Shown here one piece after another: positions 35,058 through 42,965 of a stretch of 64,000 nt of DNA. The DNA is from Elusimicrobiota bacterium (lineage in GTDB: Bacteria > Elusimicrobiota > Elusimicrobia > UBA1565 > UBA9628): assembly GCA_016209035.1 (NCBI GenBank), contig JACQWX010000005.1, positions 6,688 through 70,687 on the forward strand, given 5' to 3'. The translations under genes and the position numbers were made by a program. Each line of letters begins with the position of its first letter. Position 1 is the stretch's first letter. The notes beneath the pieces are model-generated. The model ran no database searches. It was not told where the DNA came from and saw only the letters and a program-made list of their open reading frames with translations.

Positions 35058-37075
35058 CCATGGCCGACGAACGACAACACGATCCCAACGAACCGGTGCC
35101 GCCTCCCTTGCCGCCCTTCGCGGGGCGCCCCGGCCAGCCGCCGCCTCTTCCAGGGGGCCAGCCTCCGGGGGCGCCGCCGCCTGCCCTGCCGGGCCCTCCG
35201 CCTTCGGTGCCGCTTTCGCTGCCTTCCGGTTTTCCTCCACCCGGCACGGCGCCCATGCCTTCGGTGCCGCAGGTGCCGCCTCCCGGCCCCGCGTCCATGG
35301 CGCCCGCGCCAGGACGGTTACCCCCGCCGCCTGGTCCTGCGCCCATGGCGCAGGCGCCTCAGACGCCCAGGCCGCCGGCCGCGCCCTTCGCTCCGATGAT
35401 GCCCGCCAGGGGCGTGGCGTCTCCGCCCGCCCCGCCCTTCGCAGCGGCGCCGGCGCCGCAGGCGCAGCCGCCGAAGGGGACGGACCCCGCGGCCGTCAAG
35501 GAGGAATACGAGAGGAAGCTGGCCGCGATGGAGAAGCGCCTGCAGGAGGAGCGGGAGAAGGTCCTCCTCGCCAACCTCAAGAGCCAGTCTGAGGCCGCGA
35601 CCGCGGCCAAGGTCGAGGTCGCCATCAAAGAGCTGCAGGACAAGATCCGCCGGGATCGGCGCGACCAGGAGTCCGAGGAGCTCAAGCACAAGCTCGACAC
35701 GAGGGTGGTTGAGCTCGAGACCAGGCTCGCCCAGGAGCGCGAGACCTGGCTCGTGACCCTCAAGAACCAGATGACCCAGCGCGAGGTCCAGGACAAGGAC
35801 TTCGAGTCCCAGCTCGCCGGGCGGCTCCAGGAGATGGAGCGGCGTTGGCTGGAGGAGAAGGCGGTCTGGCAGAAGACGGTAGGCGCCAAGGACGACGAGA
35901 TCCGCAACCTCAGGAACCTCGCGGAGAAGCTCAAGGGGGTCGAGGTCGAATGGGGGAAGGTATCGAGCGAGAAGAAGAACCTCGAGGAGAGGCTGGCCGA
36001 ACTCGTGAAGGAGAAGGCCGACTCCCAGCTCAAGGCGCAGAAGGGGCTGGAGGCCGAGAAGGAGGCGATCGGGCTTCGCGCCGAGCTCTCCGTGGCGAGG
36101 CAGCAGCTCGCCTCGGTGTCGGAGAGGCTCGAGCGCGACCTTCAGGCCATGCGCCAGTCGGCGCGGGAGCGGGAGGACCGGCTGACCTACGAGGTGGACC
36201 GGCTGCAGCGGGAGCTCTCGGGCCTGGGCCAGCGCATGAGGATGGAGCACGAGGCCGAGCTCAAGCGGGCCAAGGACCAGGGCGAGTCCGAGAAGAGCCA
36301 ATATAAGGAAAAGGCGGACAAGTCCGCGGCGGACGTCGCGAAGCTCAAGGCCATCCTGGCCGCCATGGAGCGGCAGGCCGCGATGAGCCGCGCCCAGGTC
36401 ATGCAGCTGCGCAAGTCGGCGTCCGAGTGGGAGAAGACCCAGGAGCACTACAAGGCCGAGTTCGTGGTGCTCCAGAGGCGCTGGGCCGACCGGGAGCGGG
36501 AGATCCGCTCCGAGGTCGAGGCGAACCTTTCCCGGGTCTTCGCGGCGGACATGGACAAGGCCCGGGCGGTGTTCGAGGAGAGGCTCAAGAAGGAGACCGA
36601 GGCCCTCAACGAGAAGACGGGCTCCCAGGGCCGCGAAGCCATGATGGAGAAGGAGAAGGAGATCATGGCCCTGCAGCGGACCATCGAGGATCTCTCCAAG
36701 GCGAAGACCGGCGAGGAGGAGGAGAAGCGCTCGACCAAGGCCGCCTTGGAGGAGTCCCAGCGCGGCTCTCGGGAGGGCGCCGCCAGGCTCGATGCGTCCC
36801 TTCGGACCCTCCAGGAGGAGGCGGGCGCGCTCAAGGCCGACCTGGCCGACGCCCGCGAGAGGCTCGAGATCGCGGAGAAGGCCGGGGCCTCGATGGCCTC
36901 GGAGAAGTCCGAGCTCCAGCGTCTCTCCATGGCCCAGGCCGCGGAGATCAAGAACATGCAGGACGCCTTCTTCGGCCTGCGCGGCCAGCTCGCCAAGGAC
37001 GCCCAGTTGGCGAAGTCCTTCATGGAGGAGCGGGAGAGGCTGGAGAGGCGGATCAGGGAGCTGGAGGGGAGATGA
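35054..37075 (+). CDS. proline-rich N-terminus followed by a ~480-aa coiled-coil protein
   Basis: PPPLPPFAGRPGQPPPLPGG... then heptad-rich EEYERKLAAMEKRLQEEREKVLLANLKSQ...; ATGA overlaps at both ends. Confidence 0.65.
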   Translation: MTMADERQHDPNEPVPPPLPPFAGRPGQPPPLPGGQPPGAPPPALPGPPPSVPLSLPSGFPPPGTAPMPSVPQVPPPGPASMAPAPGRLPPPPGPAPMAQAPQTPRPPAAPFAPMMPARGVASPPAPPFAAAPAPQAQPPKGTDPAAVKEEYERKLAAMEKRLQEEREKVLLANLKSQSEAATAAKVEVAIKELQDKIRRDRRDQESEELKHKLDTRVVELETRLAQERETWLVTLKNQMTQREVQDKDFESQLAGRLQEMERRWLEEKAVWQKTVGAKDDEIRNLRNLAEKLKGVEVEWGKVSSEKKNLEERLAELVKEKADSQLKAQKGLEAEKEAIGLRAELSVARQQLASVSERLERDLQAMRQSAREREDRLTYEVDRLQRELSGLGQRMRMEHEAELKRAKDQGESEKSQYKEKADKSAADVAKLKAILAAMERQAAMSRAQVMQLRKSASEWEKTQEHYKAEFVVLQRRWADREREIRSEVEANLSRVFAADMDKARAVFEERLKKETEALNEKTGSQGREAMMEKEKEIMALQRTIEDLSKAKTGEEEEKRSTKAALEESQRGSREGAARLDASLRTLQEEAGALKADLADARERLEIAEKAGASMASEKSELQRLSMAQAAEIKNMQDAFFGLRGQLAKDAQLAKSFMEERERLERRIRELEGR

Positions 37076-37299
37076 TCTCGCTCCACAAGCTCAACGGCGC
37101 CCAATTCGTCCTCAACGCGGAGCTCATCGAGAGCGTCGAGCCCGGGCAGTCCCAGTGCCTGGTGTGCCTTGCGACCAGCAACAAGTTCGTGGTCAGGGAA
37201 TCGGCGGAGGAGGTCGTCCAAAAGGTGATAGAATACCGAAAGAAGGTCAACGCCGAGGCCAAGGTGGTCAACCCCATCGCCGGCTTCAAGAGGGAGTGA
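37072..37299 (+). CDS. flbD: FlbD-family protein (small flagellar/stator-associated protein)
   Basis: MISLHKLNGAQFVLNAELIESVEPG...LATSNKFVVRESAEEVVQKVIEYRKKV fits the FlbD pattern MI.LTRLNG..F.lN.dLIE.iee.pDTvI.LtnGkk.vVkEs.eEvi.KiieYkr. Confidence 0.7.
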   Translation: MISLHKLNGAQFVLNAELIESVEPGQSQCLVCLATSNKFVVRESAEEVVQKVIEYRKKVNAEAKVVNPIAGFKRE

Positions 37300-37303
37300 T
37301 CCG

Positions 37304-38089
37304 ATGGACATTGCGACCGTGATGGGCATCATCGTCTTCATGGGCCTGGCCGTGACCGCGATCTTCATCCAGGAGGGGAAGGCGGGCTTCGTCCCGTTCC
37401 TGAATTTGGAGGCGTTCCTCCTCATCGCGGGCGGGACCTTCTGCTCCACCCTGGTGAACTACCCCTTGAAGCAGATCGTGGGCCTCGGCAGGATCCTGCG
37501 CAAGGTGCTCTTGAGCTCGGGAGAGGAGACCGCCGACATCGTGGGGACTTTCGTGAGCCTCTCGCAGAAGGCCAAGAAGGAAGGCTTCCTGGCGCTCCAG
37601 GCCGACGTGAGCGCCCTCAAGGACGACTTCATGCGCCGCGCCGTCCAGCTCGTCATCGACGGCCAGGACCAGGAGTTCATCCGCTCCATGCTCGAGACCG
37701 AGATCGGCTTCATCCGGGAGCGCCACAAGGTCGGCCAGGAGATCTTCAACGCCATGGGCACCTATTCCCCGGCCTTCGGCATCATCGGCACGGTCCTGGC
37801 CATGATCCTGATGCTCTCCAGCATCTCCGACGTCTCGGCGGTGCCGCGGCGCATGGCCTTGGCCCTGGCGTCCGCCTTCTACGGGCTGACCGCCGGCTAC
37901 CTCGTGTTCCTGCCCATGGGAGGCAAGCTCAGGCGCCGCTCGGAGGAGGAGCTCCTGGTCAAGGAGATCGTCATCCGCGGGGTCCTGCTCCTGCAGAGCA
38001 ACGCCACCCCCAGCGTCGTGGAAGCGAACCTCAAGGCCTACCTCGAGCCCGCCAAGAGGACGAGCGTGAAGGGGACGGCCGGAGCTTGA
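37304..38089 (+). CDS. motA: MotA/PomA-family stator protein (MotA/TolQ/ExbB superfamily)
   Basis: 4-TM pattern; ...AFGIIGTVLAMILMLSSISD...FYGLTAGYLVFLPMGGKL; the FlbD-MotA-MotB order supports MotA. Confidence 0.8.
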   Translation: MDIATVMGIIVFMGLAVTAIFIQEGKAGFVPFLNLEAFLLIAGGTFCSTLVNYPLKQIVGLGRILRKVLLSSGEETADIVGTFVSLSQKAKKEGFLALQADVSALKDDFMRRAVQLVIDGQDQEFIRSMLETEIGFIRERHKVGQEIFNAMGTYSPAFGIIGTVLAMILMLSSISDVSAVPRRMALALASAFYGLTAGYLVFLPMGGKLRRRSEEELLVKEIVIRGVLLLQSNATPSVVEANLKAYLEPAKRTSVKGTAGA

Positions 38090-38095
38090 TCCCCC

Positions 38096-38920
38096 ATGTC
38101 TCTGCGAGCCCCGAAGGGATTCATCGACGAGTCGGACCCCAAGGTCTGCCAGATCGGGCACCCGGCTCCGCCCTGGCTGGTCAACTACGCCGACCTCATG
38201 ACCGAGATGGTCTGCTTCTTCGTGATCCTCTACGCCCTCTCGGCCGCGCTCAACAAGGATGTGCAGGACGCGAAGTCCAGGGTCGAGAAGATGATGCAGA
38301 AGGGCCAGATGAAGGGCGAGGTGAAGATCGACCAGGAGGGCTTGAAGATATCCCTGGAGGAGGAGGGCAAGATGTCCTTCTTTGAGAGCGGCTCCGCGGA
38401 CCTCACCCCCGGCATGAAGGAGATCCTCGTCAAGCTCTCCCCCATCCTGATGAAGCTGACGGGCAAGCAGGACATCATTATCGAGGGGCACACGGACAAC
38501 AAGTACATCTCCAACGACTACTTCGATTCCAATTGGGAGCTCTCGACGGCCCGCGCCACCAATGTCGTGCGCACCCTGATCGACAAGCACGGGTTCCCGC
38601 CCAACAAAATGGCGGCCATGGGCTACGGCGAGTTCCGGCCCCAGGCGCCGAACGACTCGCCGGACAACATGGCCAAGAACCGCAGGGTCGTCTTCTTCGT
38701 GAAGAACGTTCCGTTCAAGGCCGAGGAACCCAAGCCGGAGAAGGCTCCGCCCATGACGCCCAAGGAACGCGTCGGGCGTCAGGACGGGCCGGCTGCCGCC
38801 GGCCCGCCAGGGGAGGCCCCGGCCGCCGACGTCGTTCCGGAAGGCCAGGGCGCCGCTCCCGCCGGTGAGGCGAGCCCTGAGGAGGCCCCGCCCATGGCGC
38901 CCGAGGAGTCACCGCAATGA
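38096..38920 (+). CDS. motB: MotB-family stator protein with OmpA-like peptidoglycan-binding domain
   Basis: PWLVNYADLMTEMVCFFVILYA (MotB TM with conserved Asp in YADLMT); OmpA-like IIIEGHTDNKYISNDYFDSNWELSTARATNV...GYGEFRP. Confidence 0.8.
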   Translation: MSLRAPKGFIDESDPKVCQIGHPAPPWLVNYADLMTEMVCFFVILYALSAALNKDVQDAKSRVEKMMQKGQMKGEVKIDQEGLKISLEEEGKMSFFESGSADLTPGMKEILVKLSPILMKLTGKQDIIIEGHTDNKYISNDYFDSNWELSTARATNVVRTLIDKHGFPPNKMAAMGYGEFRPQAPNDSPDNMAKNRRVVFFVKNVPFKAEEPKPEKAPPMTPKERVGRQDGPAAAGPPGEAPAADVVPEGQGAAPAGEASPEEAPPMAPEESPQ

Positions 38921-39756
38921 ACGCACCACCTGATGGTCGTCGCCGGCCGCCGACGCCCTTTCTGAGGGCGGCCGGGACCTGGCCCTCCAATATCCTGGAA
39001 GGCCAGGGCCTCCGGCCTCGACCGCGTCGATGGCTGGGCGCGACGGCTTGCGCCGCCGCCGCCGTCTTGTGCGTGGCGGCGGCCGGCTGCACCGGGATGA
39101 GGATGGGCCGGGGGGCGAAGAAGGTCGTCAGCGAGGACTTCGCCGAAGGGCGCGTGGTGGACGTGTCGATCACGGAGAGGATCACCGGGAACCGCGAGAT
39201 GCTCTTCATGTCCATGCCCAGGAAGACCCTCTTCCTCGACGGCTACATCCAGGGCGTCATCACCGACTACCTGGACAATCCGGTGCAGGGCGTGGTGGTC
39301 CGGGCCGTGGCCGTGGGCGAGGGGGCTCAGAAGGAGGAGACCGGGGAGCGGCGGTCGGGCTTCGCCGGCAGCTCCTTCGACCCCGGGGTGAGCGACACCA
39401 ACGGCTTCTACCGCATCCGGTTCAGCCTGCCCATTATCGACGGCGTCGTCGACGTCCGTGGCCGCGTCCTCTACAGCCCGGGCTGGGAGCAGGAGAGGGA
39501 CAACCTGGGCAAGGCCTACGAGCCCCAGCAGAAGCAGAGCCAGTTCCGCGTCTACTACGAGCTCAAGCGCGCCCGCATCACCTTCACCGAGGGCATCCGC
39601 AAGACGGTCGTGGCGCCCGTCACCAGCGGTGCGCCGCCCAAGGCCGCCGCCCTGCCCAGCGCGGGCAAGCCCGCCGTGGAGAAGGCGCCGGGCGCCCCGG
39701 CGGAGGGAGGCGGCGATGAGGACCTCTTCAAAGGTTTCGGGTTCGAGGGTCCCTAA
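38917..39756 (+). CDS. lipoprotein (CarboxypepD_reg-like fold possible)
   Basis: Lipobox ...AAAVLCVAAAGC; TNGFYRIRFSLP; overlaps the motB stop. Confidence 0.5.
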   Translation: MNAPPDGRRRPPTPFLRAAGTWPSNILEGQGLRPRPRRWLGATACAAAAVLCVAAAGCTGMRMGRGAKKVVSEDFAEGRVVDVSITERITGNREMLFMSMPRKTLFLDGYIQGVITDYLDNPVQGVVVRAVAVGEGAQKEETGERRSGFAGSSFDPGVSDTNGFYRIRFSLPIIDGVVDVRGRVLYSPGWEQERDNLGKAYEPQQKQSQFRVYYELKRARITFTEGIRKTVVAPVTSGAPPKAAALPSAGKPAVEKAPGAPAEGGGDEDLFKGFGFEGP

Positions 39757-39757
39757 T

Positions 39758-39863
39758 GGTGTCAGGCATCAAGTTATCAAGTTGTTGGCCTTGTTCCGGA
39801 GGCTGACATCCGCGCCCATAACTTGATAGACTTGAAGAACTTGATAACTTGATGCCTGACACC
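39758..39863. repeat. 26-bp perfect inverted repeat flanking a 54-nt loop; tandem 8-mer iterons ATCAAGTT/AACTTGAT (6 copies); AT-rich
   Basis: Left arm ggtgtcaggcATCAAGTTATCAAGTT (39758-39783). Right arm AACTTGATAACTTGATgcctgacacc (39838-39863). The loop holds AACTTGATagACTTGAag. Confidence 0.7.
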
Positions 39864-39881
39864 GGAGGAATTGTGAAAGGG

Positions 39882-40331
39882 ATGGCATGCGTGGCGGCGT
39901 TGGCGCTCCTGGCCGGCTGCCAGACCATCGGCGAGGAGCGGCCTGCGGTGGAGCTCGACCAGGAGGCTACCGATGTGGACTTCCAGGTCAAGGAGAGCAA
40001 GGCGCTCTCGCATCTGGCCAAGCTCGAGACGGCCGTCGCGGACTACTACAAGATCGAGCACAAGGTCCCGGCCAAGTTGACCGACCTCATCCCCAAGTAT
40101 CTCGCCGACATCCCAATCGTCGAGATCGTGGGGGCCAGGCACAAGGACACCAGCGCGGTCCAGTACTATCCCGGCGACATCATCCTGGACGGCCGCATCG
40201 ATGGGACCCGGTTGAAGGACTCCGGGAGGTGGGGCTACGCCTACACGGAGAAGCAGGTCATCATCTTCATCGACTGCACCCACCGGAACCCCAAGGGCCT
40301 CCCTTGGTACCAGGCGCGGGGGATCTACTAG
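39882..40331 (+). CDS. small lipoprotein
   Basis: MACVAALALLAGCQTIGE...; RBS GGAGG at 39864-39868. Confidence 0.5.
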   Translation: MACVAALALLAGCQTIGEERPAVELDQEATDVDFQVKESKALSHLAKLETAVADYYKIEHKVPAKLTDLIPKYLADIPIVEIVGARHKDTSAVQYYPGDIILDGRIDGTRLKDSGRWGYAYTEKQVIIFIDCTHRNPKGLPWYQARGIY

Positions 40332-41392
40332 TGGGGCGCAAGCTCCGCGTCGCGGTCCTGTTCGGCGGCCGATCCTCCGAGCACGAGGTGTCGCTGGCCT
40401 CGGCCAAGACCGTCATGGGCGGTCTCGACCCGGCGCGCTACGAGGTCAGGCCGATCCGCATCGACCGCGAGGGCCGGTGGCTGCTGGAGGACTCCGGCTC
40501 GAAGACCGCGGGGCTCTTGCCTTTCCGGGGCCTCGAGAGCCGCAGGGGCGACGGGTCTTCGCGGCGCTCTCTCCTGGCTGTGGACGTCGTTTTCCCGGTC
40601 CTTCACGGCCCCATGGGGGAGGACGGCACGGTGCAGGGCCTCCTCGAGGTCGCGAGGATCCCCTACGTGGGCTGCGGCGTGCTGGCCTCGGCGGTCGGGA
40701 TGGACAAGGACGTCGCCAAGAGGCTGGCCCTGCAGGCGGGCGTCCCGGTCCTGCCGCACATCCTTTTGCGCTCGCCCGGGGAACTGTCTGGCAAGAGGGC
40801 TCTTTTGCGGGGAATGAAGGTCCCGGTCTTCGTCAAGCCCGGGTGCCTGGGCTCCTCGGTGGGGGTGCGCAAGGTCAAAGATTTCTCCGAGCTCGGCGCC
40901 GCGGTCCGCTACGCCTTCCGCTTCGACACCAAGGTCATCGTGGAGCAGGGCGTCGACGGCCAGGAGATCTGCTGCGCGGTCCTGGGCAAGCCCGGGGACC
41001 TGGAGACCTCGGTCTGCGGCGAGGTCGTGGTCACCGGCGGTCACGAGTTCTTCGACTACTCCGCCAAGTACACGGACAAGGCGGGCCACGAACTGCTCAT
41101 CCCGGCGAGGCTCGCGCACGAGGAATCCCGCTTCATCCGCGGCCTCTCCGAGCGCGTCTTCGAGGCGTTCGACGGCAACGGCATGGCCCGGGTGGATTTT
41201 TTCATGGACCGCCGCTCGCGGCGGGCCTTCTTCGGCGAGATCAATACGATCCCGGGCTTCACGGACCAGAGCCTCTACCCCGCGCTCTTCCAGGAGTCCG
41301 GGCTCACCATCCCGAAGATCCTCGACCGCCTGATCGCGCTCGCCCTCGAGCGCAGCCGCCGGCGAGGGGCCTTGAGAACCTCGCGGCGCTAA
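40331..41392 (+). CDS. ddl: D-alanine--D-alanine ligase
   Basis: VAVLFGGRSSEHEVSLASA...VFPVLHGPMGEDGTVQGLLE...; ATP-grasp pattern; GTG start overlapping the upstream stop. Confidence 0.85.
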   Translation: MGRKLRVAVLFGGRSSEHEVSLASAKTVMGGLDPARYEVRPIRIDREGRWLLEDSGSKTAGLLPFRGLESRRGDGSSRRSLLAVDVVFPVLHGPMGEDGTVQGLLEVARIPYVGCGVLASAVGMDKDVAKRLALQAGVPVLPHILLRSPGELSGKRALLRGMKVPVFVKPGCLGSSVGVRKVKDFSELGAAVRYAFRFDTKVIVEQGVDGQEICCAVLGKPGDLETSVCGEVVVTGGHEFFDYSAKYTDKAGHELLIPARLAHEESRFIRGLSERVFEAFDGNGMARVDFFMDRRSRRAFFGEINTIPGFTDQSLYPALFQESGLTIPKILDRLIALALERSRRRGALRTSRR

Positions 41393-41651
41393 GGGCTCGT
41401 TAAGAATTAAGTGACACACTTCGCCGAGGGCGATTTTGGCGCGAGCCGAGGAGTGAGGAGCATAGCTGGCTATGTGAGCGACGAACGACGAAGGCGCAGC
41501 CCAAAAGCGCCCCGGGCCTTCGGGGAGACCCGCTGTCGGCCGATTTCGTCGTTGCTCCTCGGTCCCATGGCTCGCCATGCTCCCTCGTCGCGCCTAGAAA
41601 TCGTCTCGACATCGGGTCTCCGAAGTGTGTCACTTAATTCTTAACGAGCCC
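41393..41651. repeat. ~260-bp nested-palindromic MITE-like repeat element, copy 1, with 31-bp perfect terminal inverted repeats
   Basis: TIRs gggctcgttaagaattaagtgacacacttcg (41393-41423) and its exact reverse complement (41621-41651). Fills the ddl/TPR-gene intergenic gap. Core is homologous to 57045-57244. Confidence 0.65.
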
Positions 41652-41657
41652 TAAGGT

Positions 41658-42965
41658 TCAGCGCTTCCTTCTAATCAGCAGGCGGACGGTGTCCGCGCCG
41701 ACATCCTCCACCTTGGCGTCCCACTGGCCGTCGATAGGGAACTCAAGGCCGGCGGCGTAGACGCCCTTGCGGACCAGGGTCCCGTCGGGGTCGAAGCGGA
41801 CCTGGACCGGCGGGATCCTCCTGAGCTCGATGGAAACCAGGCCGGGCCCCGAGGGCTGCGCGATGAACCGGTAGTTCGGCGTGGTGAAGAGGGCCCAGAG
41901 GAGCTTCCTGCCGCCGAGGCGGATGGTGAACGGGAAGTTGTCCGGGTCGGCCAGGGTCTCCATGGGCAGGGGCTCGAGGTGCTTGGAAGAGGTCCACTTG
42001 ATCGCTATCTTGGAGTAGGCGCCCCTGACGGAGGTCGTAGACGGGCCGACCTGCCAGCCCGATGCCGTCTTCGAGGAGGTGGCCATGAGCATGGTCCGTC
42101 CGACGGGCTCGCGCTCGAGGAACGGGACGAGGGGGGAGAGGATGAGGCCCACGGTCTTGAGAGGCGCCAGGTAGAGCTTGCCCACCTTCTCCAAGTTGCG
42201 CTCCCAGTTCCTCCTGCCCTCCTTGTCGCTCAGGATGAGGAGGACGTCCTCGGCCTCCTGGAGCTCGGGCTTGAGGTCCAGGGCCTGCTTGCGGAGGGTC
42301 TCGACCTCGTCGGCGGGCAGGCCTTTGGCCGCGAGCGCCAGGGCCAGGAGGCGCCTAGCCTCGGCGTAGTCGGGGTCGATCCCCAGGGCCTTCCTGAGGG
42401 ATGCGACCGCGTCATCGAAGCGCCCCTGGTCGTAGCGGACGGCGCCGATCTCGAAGTGCGCCTCCGCGTAGGCGGCGCTCAAGTCCGCGGCCGTCTGGAA
42501 CTGCCTGAGGGCGGCGTCGGTCCGGCCGGCGTGCAGGAGCATGAGCCCGTAGTTGAGATGGATGTGGGGGTCGCTCTTCCTGCTCTTGGCCGCGGCCCTG
42601 CGCAAGGCCGCCAGCTCCGCGGGGTCTCCCGGGGGAGTGAGGGTCCGCAGGTAGTACCAGGTCTGGGGGAAGGACCGGTCGAGCTTGGCGGAAAGATTCA
42701 ACTCGGCCAAGGCCTGCCGCGTCTCGCCTGCGTGGGCCAGGCACAGGCCCAGCGCGTAGCGCAGGAGCGCGTGGTTCGGCGTCTTCTTCAGCTCGGCCCT
42801 GAGGGGCTCGATGGCGCGTTCGAGCTGGTCCTCCTTGAGGAGGTTCCACGCGACGTCCACGGCGGACGGCTGGGCCTGGGCCTGCGGCCCAGGCCCAGGG
42901 GCCGCAGGCCAGGCTGCCCAGGCGGAGGCCGACACGACCGAAATGACTAGGAAGGTTCTCTTCAT
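41658..42965 (-). CDS. secreted TPR-repeat protein
   Basis: Signal peptide MKRTFLVISVVSASAWA; TPR-like repeats. Confidence 0.65.
   Translation of the reverse strand: MKRTFLVISVVSASAWAAWPAAPGPGPQAQAQPSAVDVAWNLLKEDQLERAIEPLRAELKKTPNHALLRYALGLCLAHAGETRQALAELNLSAKLDRSFPQTWYYLRTLTPPGDPAELAALRRAAAKSRKSDPHIHLNYGLMLLHAGRTDAALRQFQTAADLSAAYAEAHFEIGAVRYDQGRFDDAVASLRKALGIDPDYAEARRLLALALAAKGLPADEVETLRKQALDLKPELQEAEDVLLILSDKEGRRNWERNLEKVGKLYLAPLKTVGLILSPLVPFLEREPVGRTMLMATSSKTASGWQVGPSTTSVRGAYSKIAIKWTSSKHLEPLPMETLADPDNFPFTIRLGGRKLLWALFTTPNYRFIAQPSGPGLVSIELRRIPPVQVRFDPDGTLVRKGVYAAGLEFPIDGQWDAKVEDVGADTVRLLIRRKR

Noticed and set aside
39758-39863. The inverted repeat as a tRNA or other standard RNA gene
   Set aside because: No cloverleaf or known ncRNA architecture. 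It is a simple long hairpin with iterons.
41400-41644. Mirrored 77-aa ORFs on both strands (41400-41633 - and 41411-41644 +)
   Set aside because: They arise from the palindromic repeat element. The two translations mirror each other and lie entirely inside the inverted-repeat structure.
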